From: Callorhinchus milii
Taxonomy: Eukaryota
Assembly: GCF_018977255.1 (NCBI RefSeq)
Contig: NW_024704742.1
Coordinates: forward strand, 310,001 to 374,000
DNA length: 64,000 nucleotides
Reading direction: 5' to 3'
Shown: piece after piece, positions 23,601-38,600 of the stretch
Numbering within the stretch: position 1 is the stretch's first letter
How the letters are laid out: each line of letters opens with the position of its first letter
Program-made: the position numbers and the translations under genes
The notes under the pieces: model-generated
What the model saw: the letters and a program-made list of their open reading frames with translations, nothing else
The model's database searches: none
What the model was told of the DNA's origin: nothing

Positions 23601-26600
23601 AATTCACTAGATTGCAACAGTACACTAAAACCCCAGCTAGCCAGAACAGCGGGAGGGGAGTGGGAGAGAAGAGGTCGGGTCTGGTCCCGTGAGCCAAGGG
23701 GAGAGTGTGAGCAGAAAACAGCAACAACTTGCATTTATATAGCGCCCTTCGTGGGGTTAGTGTCCTGGAGCGCTTCACAGTGGCTGAAAAAAGCGGTATA
23801 TTAAATAGTTTGTATTCTGTTGAGCAAACAATGTAAATTTGAGATAAATTAGTAAATCCAACATTAAAGCAGCTATACAGTTTGGAATATATAATGGTGG
23901 GAAATAATTATTTCTCTTCCAGTTGCTTTCTACCTATTATTTAACATAGTTGACCTTTCAGGGGTTGGGCAAATGGGATATTTTGAAAGTTTGCAATATA
24001 AACTGATCTTTCTAGCAGTGCTTAAATGTAAATCATTCAACAATGCACTATTCTTTAGCGATTAACAATGCTGAAATTATAAAGATACCCAGAAATTTCT
24101 TGATGGTATTTGCTTTTGAAACTAATCCTTAGTATATTTGGCTCCTTAACATATGCTCTACCTAATGAACGGGTTCTTGTGAATATAAATAAGCACGATT
24201 GTGTGAATATAAATGAACAGAATTGTACATATATGATTTGTGATTGGCAATATTATCACGAGTTTCATTTGAAAAGAGCGATAGAATATGCGTGCTCGGT
24301 CCTGCACAAATTTGTCAATTTTCATCAGACACTTGCTCTCAGAAATCAGGCAAACACTTCACTTGAGTGTGCTCGTTCCACACGGTGCTCTTTCATGTTC
24401 TTTTCCTCAAATCTTTCAAGTTGAATGATGTGCTGAATGTTTTCTAAAATCTAGCATTTGAGTTGTGTAGGAATGGGAAAGGCTATTATGCAATACACCA
24501 GTGATCGTTTTTGCTTGTGGTACAGTGCCTTATCGTGTTGTTGAGACTCGTCAAGCACATAGGAACATAGGAATTGCTTCACAGGATTTTGCTATGCTGC
24601 ATCGTGACTGTATTTGTTGGCGAATGTCGCTGCCAATTTACGCACAGCAGTGTCTCACAAACAGCCATGAAATGAGTGAAAGATCCAGATACAATCTTTC
24701 TGGGGAAAATGTTGGCCAGAACACCGGGAGTAACTTTCTTCTCATTTCGAATAGTGTCACAGGATCTTTTAACATCTACCTGAACAGGCAGGCGGGATCT
24801 CAGTTTAACATCTCATTTAAAGGGTTGTACCTCCAACATTGCAAGCCCAAGCTCTCCTGGGGATCGGGAGCCTACACTGAGAGTTCAAAGTCACAATGTG
24901 GGGCTTGAACCCACGACCTTCTGACTCGGAGGCGAGATTGCTGCAAACTGATCTAGGCTGACACAATCCTCCAGATATAATTATTCATTCCATTTCATGG
25001 TTGTATGTGTGTGTAGACAATGCAAGGTGAATATTGGTTGCTGCTTTAGACCTCAGATAGTCACTGTACAATAAATCCTGTGAATTACTTTGAGATTTAG
25101 TTGTCATGGTAATGGGCTATATCAAATGTAAGGATTATTGTTGTTGGTAAATACCTTAGAAACGTCATACATGATCTGTGCCACTGATAATTAAAATTAT
25201 ATTTCACAGTATATGCCAGTTATAAGGCAGGTTGTGTGGGGGATGGTGGGGTGGAGGCATACAATTGCATCCCACGTTTTACCTGAGAGCGATCGATAAT
25301 GGTCATCAGTCAGCATTTCTGTGTTGACGTTACCTAGTGATGGCACTGTGCTTGAGCACATCATACTTGAAATCACTTAATCGAGCTTCAAAACAAGTCA
25401 TTGCACTTCAGATTGTGTTGCTGCGATCACGTTTTCAAATGTGACTCTGAGTGTGACAATAGATTTAGATGTTTTGAATTGGGATATGGGGTATTTAAGA
25501 TGGAAAAAATGTCAGGGTCCACAACCCAAACCCACTTTAATGAAATGTGTAATAACAGGGAATACTGTGTTATAATTCACAGTGCTAAAACTGAAACACA
25601 AGACCCCTCATCGTCCTGGCGATCATTGATTCCAGTCATTAAAATGGATATCAATACAGTAAGTACATTTTGTTTACTTTTTGTCTAATTTTTTCAGTGT
25701 TCCTCTGTTGAAGAAGAGTGCAATAATATTGTGTGTCCCACAATCGCATAGAGCCTGGTTGTAGCTACTTAGGCCTGGAGCAAAATAATTAATTCGAGCA
25801 GCCAAGAGGGAAATCTGTTATCATTATATATGTAGAAGCCTGGTTTGTTCTGGACTCAATGTTGTCAAAGTTGCTGTCCTTCAGATGAGACATTAAACCG
25901 AGGTCCCATCTGCCTGTCCAGGTGAACATTAAAGATCCCGTGGCACTAGTTGAAAAGCGAAGGAAGTTTTTCCTGGTTTCCTCGTCAGCAATCCCCCCAA
26001 AATATACAATTGGTCACTCACTTCATGGCTGTTTGTGTGACATCAGTGTATACAAATTGGTTGCTGCATTCACCTACAAATACAGTCTGGATTCTTCAGT
26101 AAATTCTGTGAAGTGCTTTGAGACATCTTGCTGATGTGAAAAGATGCTATATAAAATGCAAGGTTTACAATTATTATAATGAGTAGCAACATCCATCATA
26201 TCAAATCTTTTCATAGTTTTACCTTCACAGAATTGTGATTCATGTTTATTTTAGGTGTCTAATATTTTGTATAGAGTCTGCTACCCACACAAATTGAGAC
26301 TGGGTCATTGTGTTTATAAAAACAGCAAAGATACCAAGTTACACAGAATACAAATTGGCTGCAATACTAACCAAAAAGAAGTTAAACTATCACTGTAGTA
26401 CTACATGCACACTCTGCAAGTGCTTAACTATAATTTTTTGTCAACATTTCATCCTGACCACTTCCACATTTTGGCCCCAGTACAATCATGAGGTTATGGG
26501 AACATGTGGGCTTCCACTGCACTGAAACAAAATGTTATTTTTTTCCAAAATTGATAATAAGGGACTAAGATTAAATTATTGTCTCTGCTTCTAATAAAAC

Positions 26601-29600
26601 TAATGAAATGTTTTGTCACTAGGGTCGTTTGGCATTTGGAAATCGCTTTTTGCCTCAAACGCTTTGCATAAATTTTGATGACGCTTTCCTGACCTATACT
26701 ACAAAACCACCTTCTAGTCATCTTGATCGTTTTATGCACATCGTGAAAGGGAAATTGGAAAATGTTCGAGTCATGCTTGTTCCTAGTCTGAAAGCTGTTG
26801 TCGTTCAAAATGATGAGTATGCTAAAACTTTTGTTATTAATGGTATAGAGTCACAGTGTACTATAAAAATGGCATTCACTTGTGTTAGAAATTAATTTAA
26901 GGACTACGTCAATTGTTTTCTTGTTACAATTTTTAGTTATGAAATTGCTCAAGCTTTACTCGGTAAATATTTGTGGCATCTCTTCATTCTTGCACAAACT
27001 GCTAGCATTAATTGAATGTTGCACAAATACATTTTGACATTATTCAGGGCATTAGACGCTATATCTACAAAGTTCTACACTTGCTCAAGCCAGCGGCAAG
27101 AATGATTTGAATATATTTGTCACTGATATTGCAGAAAAAATTAATAGCGTTTCATAACTGAAGATGCTGGCGTTTTGCTCCACTGGAAACGAGTGATGAT
27201 TATTTCTTCCCTTTTTTAGCTAATTATTTTATAATCTAATAACAGACTGAACTAAAAAATATTAGGTACGAGTAGGAGATGAGCATGGCTTAATTTCCGT
27301 GAATAGAAAGTACTGCCCGAGACTTTACTTCTGCTTTAATGCGACTGCTGTGAGATGTATGTGGTGATACTCATTGCCCCAATGAATCGGAGAATCAAAT
27401 TAGATCTTTATTGCACCACATGCAAATATAGTAACAACAAAACAACATCCTCTTGCACTCGTCTGACACCTTTCACGTACTTCATAAAGACTTGTGGGGG
27501 GTGGGGAGGGGCTGTTGCTGGCAAAGACTCAGTCAGACGTTTTTAGACTAGTTTGGAAAGCATAGCGAGAGGGTGCTTGATGGATGGATTTAGTAATCCT
27601 TGCATTTGATATAGCGCTTTTCACGTCTTCTAGACACCTCAAAGCGCTTTACTGTAGTATACTGTAAAGTGAATTGACGGTATATTTGTGGGCGAAACAC
27701 GGGGGCCAATTGCGCACAGCAGTGTCCTACAAACAGTTGTGGTTTGAGTGACCAAATTATTATTGTTTTTTTTTTTCTTGAGGGATTACTATCAGGTGTG
27801 TTGAGTAAGGAAATTTGCCCAAGGTTTCGCCCTGCTGGGAATCGAACCCAGGTTTCTCGCTTGGAGGCAAGTAAATCCAGAGAGTAGAGGCAAAATGGCT
27901 GAAAGCTCATCTATTAATGGTAGCGCAGAGGAGACAACAACAACAATTTGCATTTATATAGCGTCCTCCACCCAGGGTAGAGTCTCAGAGTCGTTAACAT
28001 TGGCGGAGCCGGACTCCGAGCCGGGGGAAGGGGTAGGTGACCGTAAGCACAGTTGAAAAGGAAGGTTTTCAGGCGAGGCTTCAGGCGAAGGATTGAAGCA
28101 GATTGTTCAAGAGTTTGGGGGTGTAGTGGCTGAATGGGCGACCTCCAATGGTAGGGCAGAGGGTGCTAGGGACAAGCAGGAGCTGGTGCCAGTCGAGCAG
28201 AGGCGCTGAGTGGTGGATTGGGGAGTGAGGAGATCAGAGCGGTCAGGAGGGGCCAGGGAGTGAAGGATCTTGAAGTTGATCTGGTGAAGCCTGGGCCAGA
28301 ACTGGTTTGGTCCGGGTCAGTATGTGGGCGGCAGAGTTTTGAATGAGATGGATTTTTTGAATAGTGGAGCTGGGGAGACCTATGAGGAGTGCTTTGGGAG
28401 TAATCCAGGCGGGAGGTGACAAACACGTGCACAAGGATTGCGGTTGCATTTGGGGTAAGGTACGGTCAGAGGCAGGGAATATGACGGAGGTGGAAGAAGG
28501 CGGTCCTGGTCAGGGACTGGATGTGGGGGAGGAAGAACGGTTGGGAGTCGAAACGGATGCTAAGGGACAGCTCAGGGAGGTTGAGGAGTTCAGATCTGCA
28601 GGACTGAAGACGTAGAAAGGAGTCTGTCTTGTCCACATTCAGCTGCAGGAAGTTTACACTCATCCAGGCCCTGATGTCTGCCAGACAAGCTGATAGAACA
28701 TTGGGGGGGACCTGGACTTGGTGCTGGAGGAGGCAAAGCAGATTTGTGTGTCATCCGTAAACATGTGGAAGTTTACCCCGTGTCTGTGGATGACATCGCC
28801 CAGAGGGAGCACATAAGCGAGGAAAACAAGGGAGCCTGGGTTGCCCCACAGGTGACAAGACGGGGGTTGGAGGAGAAACCGTTTGCCAAGATAAAGTGAA
28901 GGCGGTTGGTTAAGTAGGACTCGAACCATGCAAGTGCGGTCCCACTAAGATGCATGAGGGAGGAGAAACGATGGAGGAGGATGGCGTGGTCAACTGTTGT
29001 ACGCGGCAGAGAGATCCAGGAAGATGAGGCAGAGGGAGGTCACAGGGATGTGAAGATGTGAAGCAGACCTGAATTAGCAAAGTGGAAGAAGTGAGAGGGG
29101 AGCGCAGAACTGTGGAAATTGAGAGATATGCTGATTGGATAAAATAAATACCCCCCCACACACAAACAGGTTGATTGAATTTTCTTATTTTCACTTATTT
29201 CTGAAAGTAATGTAAGTAACTAAAAAAATATTATTTCCTATTTTGTGTGCACTTCCATTCATTCAATAGGAACCTGATTAGTCGAATGGCAGATTGCTTT
29301 CCGGGGATGGAAATCTCTTTTTTAAACAAAAGTAATAATTTGGTCACTCAATCCACGATTGTTTCTGGGACTGCTGTGCGCAATTGGCTGCTGCATTTCG
29401 CCCTCAAAATATACAGTCAAATCATTTTACAGTATATTCTATGAAGCGCTTTGAAGATTATTATATTATTATAGTACCAGCTGCTGCTGTGGTTACAATA
29501 TCCGAAGTGAATGAAGTGAAATTAGTTGGGTGATAACCTGCAGTAATAAGCTGTATTGCTCTGAAGCATTTTACACACAAAATGACTGCTTAATATATGC

Positions 29601-32600
29601 AAAAATGCAATGAAAAGCATTTTGTAGCTGGTTCACATCTGTTTGATTATCATTAACATATTTAAAATGCCACTACCCATTGCTCACAATTGTATGCTTT
29701 CAACATCACAAGATGCATATCATTTCTTGAATAGGCTTCTTTAAGTTATAGTGGGATAGATAGAGCAGCTGCACTGTAGACACTTAACCTGGTGAAAAGT
29801 GCAACCAGGGTGCCTGAGACTGACAGATAATGTAGTATGTTAATTTGCTGTATTACCTCAGTATACTCAGTATCTAAAATCACTCCATGGCCTTATCTTA
29901 TATTATGGCCAAGTGCTCACTGGACAGTTTTTTCCTTATTAGGTCAATAAAGTAGAGATGTTGGCTCTGAGGAATGGAAGACTTACTTCCTCCCCCTCCC
30001 TCCACCCCCATCAGTATCAAGGCTTCTCAAGTCAAGTGTAGTGAATTGTAAACGTAATTGCATTTCGTGAGTGAAATGCAATCTCTCTTCCTGTACTTTG
30101 TCACATGCGTTTGTGACAAGCATGCCTTTTGAAGGTTTGTATTGAGGGTGTGTGGATACTTAGGGCCTGAGTGAACACTGCTGAAACTTATTTCAAAATT
30201 CTTCCATTTGACTGAGAGGCAGAGGAGAATTTCTTCCCCTCAATCTAGTCTGTGTTTAACCCCAATCCCATTGTTGAATATATTTAACCCGAAGTTCCAG
30301 CCAGTCATATACAGTTGGAAGAAAGAAAGCACCTAGAATTTACCTTAGTTAAACAAGGGCCCAATAGTTTCTTCTTCTTCAGTGTTTGCACTAAAATGAG
30401 TGTGCTTTGAATTCTTCATTCCCCCTTCCTCTATTCCAGGCCACCTCGTTTGATGGGAGAGGGTTTTGTGGTAATGCAGTCAAATGATGTTGACATCTAT
30501 TACTACATGGATACCCCAGGTATGTTTGGTGTGATTTAGCAAATTTATCCAATCAGTTCAACATTACAATAGAAGTGATTTTTAATTACATTCCATGATA
30601 ATTTCTTTCTTGTCGTCCTCTACTTAAAGACACCGACTAATGTCGTGGTGTGGGGGATTTATTGATGCTGTCATTCTTCCAGTGCCTTCCTCAAATGACT
30701 ATTGTGAGCTTAGATAGTTTGTGTCTGCAGGATATTTGAGCAAGAAAGGCAACATAGCAAACCCTAATCCTTCCTCACTCGATATTCTTCATTCCCCCTT
30801 CCTCTATTCCAGAACACCTCGTTGATAGGAGAGGGTTTTGTGGTAATTAAATCAAATGACGTTGACATCTATTAATAGTGAATTGGTCACTCAATCCACA
30901 ATGTGGGACATTGTTGTGCGTGATTGGCTGCCACGTTTCGCCCACAAAAATATACAGTAAATTAACTTTACAGTATATTTTGTGAAGCACTTTGAGACGT
31001 CTTGAAGACGTAATAAGGCGCTATATCAAATGCAAGGATTATTATTAATATTAAGAGCTTTATACAGGTGCCACTTGAGTGAGAGCCCTGGTTGACTACT
31101 TTCCCTTCTCCTTCCCATATTTGGGAACACTGGAGAACAGTTACTGTGCCCTTAGCAATGCCCTGGGTGAGATCAGATGAGAGCAGACCCTGTGGATTTG
31201 GTGTGTGTGTCTCAGTATCAGAGTGGTTTGTGGATTTACCCTTTGAGCTGCAGAGGCAGCTGAAAGCAATGCTTTTTGCCCCTTCTATTTATTCTGAGCA
31301 TGATCAAAAAGACAAGAGGAAAGAACGGTAGAATTGCATTTTTATTGAGTCAATCCAAAAGCAAAGCCAGATGCACAAAGTATTTCTTGAATCTTACAAT
31401 AAAAATATAAACTTTAATGTTTCAATTGCGGTGAATATCATCCCTTCTTTTGTTTCTATTAAGCAAATGTGAGACGCCAGCTAGCGGCGATAGACCGGTG
31501 GCAACCTAATACTAATCACTGTGCTTTTCAGGTATTGTCCCTGAAGAAACTGAAGAAATTGCTGAAGAGGATCCTTCCAGTGAAAATACAAAACTACAGG
31601 ACTTGCCACCATGTTGGGGACTTGATATAGTTTGTGGCAAAGGAACAGACTTCAACTATGGACCATGGGCAGATAGACAGAGGTAATAAAGTGCATTGTT
31701 AGCTTTTGAGTTTGTATTATACAAAATGCTATGTTAATCATAAACCAAGGAGTGAAAATATTTTGAGTTTGCAAGTCTTTGGCCGATACGTCGTCAAATA
31801 ATACTACTGGGTGGGCTTTGAATGCTGTGGTAATTTGAATGAACTAGACATTGGGCTAACTTCTATAGAATGGAGCAGGAGCTCACTTTTTTGAGCTAAC
31901 TAAGTGATTATCTTGAGCCTTTTGTTGTGTAATACTGAGTTTTTGATGGGTAATAAACTATATAATTGTCCAGGTAAAATATTGAGATGCAACCATAATT
32001 AATGCTTGTTGCCACATGGTTTTGTTTTGCAGTGCATTAGTTTTACTTTGTTATTAAGGTAATTTTTGTGTAGTTAGGTGACGGTCACTACATTTACCTT
32101 AATCCAGTTAAATACTCTTTATGTGAGGAATTCATTTGAGGTATTTCTTTTAAAAAAAGCAAACTAATATTTTATTAAGTAATTGAATATAAACAGTGCC
32201 ATATTTAACTTTTGAGTTCCTGAATATATTTGATTGTAATCATTTTACAAATATTAGCATTTCTAATGTAAATGCATCAACATCAAGTGTCTTTCATAAA
32301 TTAAATCATAAACTTCCAATGTGACCTATCTCATTCTCGTTCCTCTGAATGTTCAGATTCTCTGTAAGTGACATTGTTGGATGGGCCTAAAGCATGAGTC
32401 ATGAGGTAGCTCGTGCCATTAATTTATACTGTAATTTTTTTATTGTGCATTGATACACTTTCTTTGGCTGTGACCCGCTGTCAGAGATGGATGCTTAACT
32501 TAGCGCTGACTAATTCAGACTCATTAATACGCTGGCCAAATTGTTGACGTCAAATTTGCTGAGCACGTCATGTCACTCGGTGAGGATCCAAGGTTCTTTC

Positions 32601-35600
32601 ATTGATGTGCCCTTTTAAGAATGTCCTTCGTGGGGCAAGTAAGAAAAGTTTGCACTGAATTATTAGAATTTAGCAAGACCAATGTTTTGTAAGACGTCAA
32701 CGATATATAAATATATAAAAATTAATTAAATATGAATTTAAAAAAAAATAGTAAGTTCGAAAAAGATTGTCCAACTTTGTTTAATTACAGCTTTATTAGG
32801 TAACTAACTGTCTGTGGTGACATACATTATAATTTTATTCCTTACCAGGAAATTGTAGGGAATTCGCTTTTTATGTAGATTGTATTGAACTACGCACTAC
32901 AAAACATTACTTTTTGAGGCTGATTTGTATGTCAAATGTTATTATAATAATTATTCTGCTATCTGATATAGCGCCTTTTCGTGTCTTTGAGACGGTTCAA
33001 AGTGCTTCACCAGAATGAACTGTAAAGTGGTCTGACTGTGTATTTTGTAGGCAATCACAGCTGCCATCTTGTCCCACAAACAGCGAGTGACCAATTTTAT
33101 TTGGTTGAAGTAGAATCCAAAATAGATTTCAAAAGACAGTTGGACAAATGCCAGACAAAAGAAAATATTGAGCTCGTAATCCAGGCTGACACTCCAGTAC
33201 AGTGCATGGGGAGTGCTGCATCATCGGTGGGAATGAGACGTTACGACGAGGTCCCGGCTTTCTGTAAAGTTTGACACGACGGAACCCATGCCATCTAGCC
33301 AACACTCCTCCGCATAAAATGGGTCATTTACTTTGTGGCTGATGAACACAAATTGGTTGCCGCGTTTGCCTACAAAGTCAGTCAGTACAATTTGCAGTAA
33401 ATTCTGTGAAGAGGTTTGAGATATTTTAACAATGTGTTCAGGTGCTATATTAAACATAAGGATAAAAAGGACAGCTGGGCAGTGTGAATAAATGATTACT
33501 TTTTCAGAAATCCAGGTTTATGCTGTTGTTCTTTGTTCAGTTAAGCTAATATCCCACTAACTGACAGTCGAATGCCATGTTCTACAAGTAGGAAGTTATG
33601 ATGTGCAGCTGGATTCTCGATTGTGGTGATTGAGAATGATATTGGAATGGGAGTTGGGGGAGGTGTAGGGAAAGAGATCTCCCTTAAGCATACCAAAGAT
33701 CAGTAGTTGTGTATTAATAATAATACTTTCATTTGACATAGCACCTTATCATTTCGTTGAGACATCTCAAAGTGTTTCACAGAATATACTGTAAAGTGGA
33801 TTGACTGTTTTTAACAACAAAACATTAATATATTTTACCAATCCAGTCCTCAGTGAACTTTCATCGGAAAATTCCACTATTGTTGTGAAAATGGTCCATA
33901 AATATGATGGATGCAAGTTGGACAGTTGAATGAATTGCTCATCTTTTTAATTTATAGTTTTGTATTTGAAATGAATCTCCCAAAGTGCCCAGATAATGTG
34001 ATAGACCATAAAGTGAGGGAAATTACCCACACCACTGTTCAATTAAAGCACAAATTCTCTAAAGGAAGTAATTGTATTGAATAGAATTCCATACATATTG
34101 CGATTTCTTTGTTTAAAAAAAAGAATGAGTAATCAAATACTGTACCTGCAATGATTAAGCTTTTCTTTATATAATGGCAAAATTTATGATGTAGCAGGAG
34201 GCAGGGCTGACGAGAAATGTGAATCACTCTTGATATGTGTTGTGAAGTCACATTATCACATACACCGTGTGTGAAGAACATTTATTTGCAGTGATTTCTC
34301 TTTTGGTCTGTACAAATTTGGACACTGCTGCTTATATTAAGATCCTACTCGTTTTTTTGACTTTTCAAAAATTCGTATGTTAGAGAAACTATTATAGCGC
34401 CAATTTTTCCCTTCCTGCCTCCTTCATGTTGAGTGCTCAGCAGTACATTCACAGTTTCTCTTCCCAATTCACTTTGTGGATTTCTCTTGTTTTCATAGGG
34501 CCTGACATTCCTAGGTTTTAATTTTCATAGAAACATCAACGTGTATGAACAGGCCCAATGTTGGGAAATCGTATCAGCAGAGGAATTGTCTTTATCTCTG
34601 TCAGCATTCCTAACCCTTCACCAGAATTAAAATCTTACAGTACAATACAGTTTACATTTATTTACATAGCATTTCTCATGTCAGTTGGAAGTCCCAAATT
34701 GTTTTACACAGCTGGCTAAGCACCCAAAGTGGGGTGGGGTGGGAGAAGAGTGGGGGTGGTGGAGAAATGAGCTGAAGAGGGTGGGAAAGGTGACTGCAAA
34801 CATGGTCAGGTGAGTTTTGGAAGTGGTTGGGGGATGGGGAGCGGGGATGAATCAGAGAGACTCGTGGATGGAGTACCAAAGAATGGAGACTGGATTGCAA
34901 AGTGACTTATGTTTTGGCATCAATGCAAGGAAGAAATATTTAATGCTACCGTGACACTGGGCAGTATAGAAACCCAAACTATCAATGTTAGACTGTCCTA
35001 GAGTGAACGCACTATCAAAATATTTTCAGCCACTAAACAGTTAAAGCTGCCGTTCACCGTTGCTGCCCGGACATTGTGGGAAATCTGGATGTCTGAAGGT
35101 CTGCGTTCTTTTGTGTGGACCTGAAGCATTAATGCCTTAAATACCAGTAATGTTGATGACTTTTACTCTCCTTGTTGCAAAATTATATTTGAGAAAAATA
35201 TTGGTAAAATATGAGGAAATAGGTTTCACATAGATTTGTCTTCATGCAGTTCCTGCACCTGTTAAAAGGGATTGAAATCTTAATGCTTTGTAATTTTGTT
35301 CGCAGAGAAAGTCTATGGAAATTCTTCTTCCCAGCTGACTACCAGCCATTGAAGGTCACTGAGATAGCAAAACCTGGGACTCCAAGGCAGATCCTCGCAT
35401 TTGAATTACGCATGAATATTATTGCAGATGCCACCATTGATTTACTGTTTACCAAGAACCGGGTAAAGCAAACAACTTAATTACTTATCATCCACGATTA
35501 TTTTATGGGTTATGTCAGATGTCAAAAACAAGATGCAGAGCTAATTAGAAAGCGTAGCAGGTTATAAAGTCTGTAGGAGTTGTAACACCTGTTGTATCGC

Positions 35601-38600
35601 TAATTTACTGAGGACAGATGGTGATGGATCAGGAGTCCGAGGTGTTGGTGAAAATTGGGTTCTCTTTTAGATCCTTGGAGGATCCCGTGAGAAATTAATC
35701 CAGAGTTATAGTGACAAGTTAGACAGTGCGATAATAGTCTGAGAAGTCTTAACATTCTTTAACTGTCACTAAAAAGGATAAATTGTTAGATTGATTCATG
35801 AAGAGCTTAATTAGAACTTTAACAAGGGAAGCAAACTGATACCATGCTGGAATGGGTCAAATTNAAAAATACATAAAGAAAGCTGTTCACTATGTGAATT
35901 GTTTTTCAAGTGAATATCGTAAAATTCTTGTTCACAAGAATCAGTTGTTTTTTCTAATCACTGAAATTCCAACTATGCAAAGGTCTTGGTCTAATATACT
36001 TTGTTCAAAAATAATTCTGTAAACATGTCAGAAAAGTATGGAAACTTTTGTTCATGTGCCATTCTTTTGTAGTTTGATTGCTAGAAATATAGAGATAAAT
36101 TTGAATAAAAATGCTTGGGAGAGGATTCAGAAGGAAGAGTGATTTATTAAAAAAAAGTCTGATCTGGATGCATTATTAATTATATTTAAAATACCAATGG
36201 GCACTAAATATTTTTTGTGACATATATGTTTGTTTTAGGAGACCAATGCCATACATGTAAATGTTGGAGCAGGCTCATATTTGGAAGTCAACATTCCTAT
36301 GACTGTAGACACAAACGGTGAGAATCCAGTTATATTTTGAAAAATCAGTCTCAAACATCCTGTATTTTATTATCCTTAAGACATGGTTAGTCATAATATT
36401 AATCCTTGCAATTGATAGTGTGCCTTTCACGCTGGGAGAACATTTCAAAGAACTTAACAGGATGCCTAATGTCAAATGATCAATCAGTGACTATCTGCCA
36501 GGGGTTGGTGGGGTGAGGGAGGTAAGCCAAACTGGCTCCAAGATGACATGCTTGGCAATGGGATGGTGGAATTGAGTCAACTGTCTGTTGGTCTTGGAAG
36601 GCCAGTTCCTGAGCCAGGCGTGACTGCTGTACTCCATGGCACTGCTGTTGGCAGGCCAGCCAGCCTGGTTAATCAACAGCACTTGGCGGTGGAGACAGGT
36701 CATTGGTAGCAAGGATTCTTTCCACTCAGATCCAAGCCATAATGGATAGAGTGATCCTAGCTGGATAAGCAGTCGGAAGCTTGCCAGGTTCTGCATTTAA
36801 TGCCAAGCAATGTGGTTCCAGCTGGCTAAATTCCAAAAGTTACCCCAAACCTTGGCTCTTGCTAATCAGCACCCAATACGCTCTGGAATTAGATAAATGG
36901 GTTATGTCCCTCCAGGGAGAGTGCACATTCCATTCCAGATACAGATATTGTCAACTGGCTCGCAGCAGCACGCTCAGCCCTGAGTCAGAAGGATTCAAGC
37001 TGCGTGTCAGGACTTGGAACTCTTCTTGCCTCTGCTGACTAATGTAATGTTGGGACGTGCTGGTTTGATGAAGGTACCATCGTTCGGATGAGATGTTAAG
37101 CCAGGATTGTTTTGTGTGTGCAGTTGGACGTTAAAAATCCCATTTCACTATTCGAAAAGAGGGAGTTTCTCCTGGTGTGCTGGCCAACAATCCCACAGAT
37201 AAAATTGGTCACTCACTCACTACATGGCTTCTGTGGTTTGTTGCAGTGGACAAATTAGCTGCCACACCCGCCCACAAAAAAAACACCTTTGCTCCACTTT
37301 ATAGTAAATCCCGGGAAGCATTTGAGGCATCTTCGGATGTGAAAGACACAGCACCAAACGTAAAGGTTGTTTGTTGCAGTAAAATTCACAGGTTGTATGA
37401 GTCAGGCCCATAACATTTAATATGCCTTACGCAAAGTCCGAGTTGCAGGCAGACTTGTATAAATTGTAGAAAATCCAATTTAATCAATAATCTATACTGT
37501 GCATGTGTGATTCAGTGCAGTCAGTAAGTGTGCATGTAGTAGTTCGTCACTGCAGCTGGTAAGTGCACATGTGGTGACGGGTCAAGACTATGCTTCCCGC
37601 AATTCAATGCGTCTTGACTCATCGCTGCATGTGCACTCACTGACCAGCGTTAGAATCTCATTGAATCTTGAGAAATGAAGTTCTACGCATGCATCAATGG
37701 ATCAAGACACATTACCCGTGATTCAATGTAGCCGGTAAGTGCAGGAGTAATTGAGGACAGGGAAGTTAGGAGATGAATAATAATAATCCTTGCATTTGAT
37801 ATAGTGCTTTATCACGTCTTTGAGACCTTTCGAAGCATTTCACAGACTATACTGTAAAGTGAATTGACTGTATATTTTGTGGGCGAGTAATATGACTAGT
37901 GCAAAGAAAGTGGTTTTAAGTGATTTTGATAGGAAACTGAATGGGACTCGGATGGATGTGTGACTTAGGCAATCATACAATCATGCTTATAAAGATAAGA
38001 CTTATGTGAGTTTTACCATATTATTATCTAAACTTTTGTAAGAATGAAGCCTTGGCTTTTAAATCTGTGCGGGAGTATCCATTTGGGGCTTCTTAAAACT
38101 AAATATTGATCTACAACTTCTGTATTTTCTGACTCGGCAGGATATTCACCAACAATTAAAGGACAACTGCTGCACGTGGATGCAACCAGTAGCATGCTGT
38201 ATCGAACTCTATTGGAGGCAGAAATGTTAGCGGTAAGTTTTATAGATACAATAGTTATGCTGAAAAACATTGTGAACTATATTTTGGATCGTATAACCAG
38301 AACTTTCTAACCAAGGACAAACTTTGTCTAATTTGCGAGTAAATTATTTAACTGCTGCACATGTAAATGCATGTGTACAGAAGAAATTATTGGATTGTCC
38401 TTAGTTATGGAATTAATAACCAATGCAAAAGGGAGAGAGATTCTGTAATTCTTTGGATGTTAATTACATTTGTGTGTACTCTTTGTACACATGTATTTTC
38501 CCCTTCAGCTCCCACCTTCTAGCTCGAGTGCCCACTAAGTGGTGTGAGCACTTGGAGACATCCTCCTTATGTGAATTACGCAATATAACTGTCAATTGCT

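Noticed and set aside
26817..30439. U12-type intron (donor GTATGCT)
   Set aside because: Does not match GTATCCTT and has no TCCTTAAC branch point; ordinary U2 intron.
35864..35864. Single N base
   Set aside because: Assembly ambiguity with no biological meaning.
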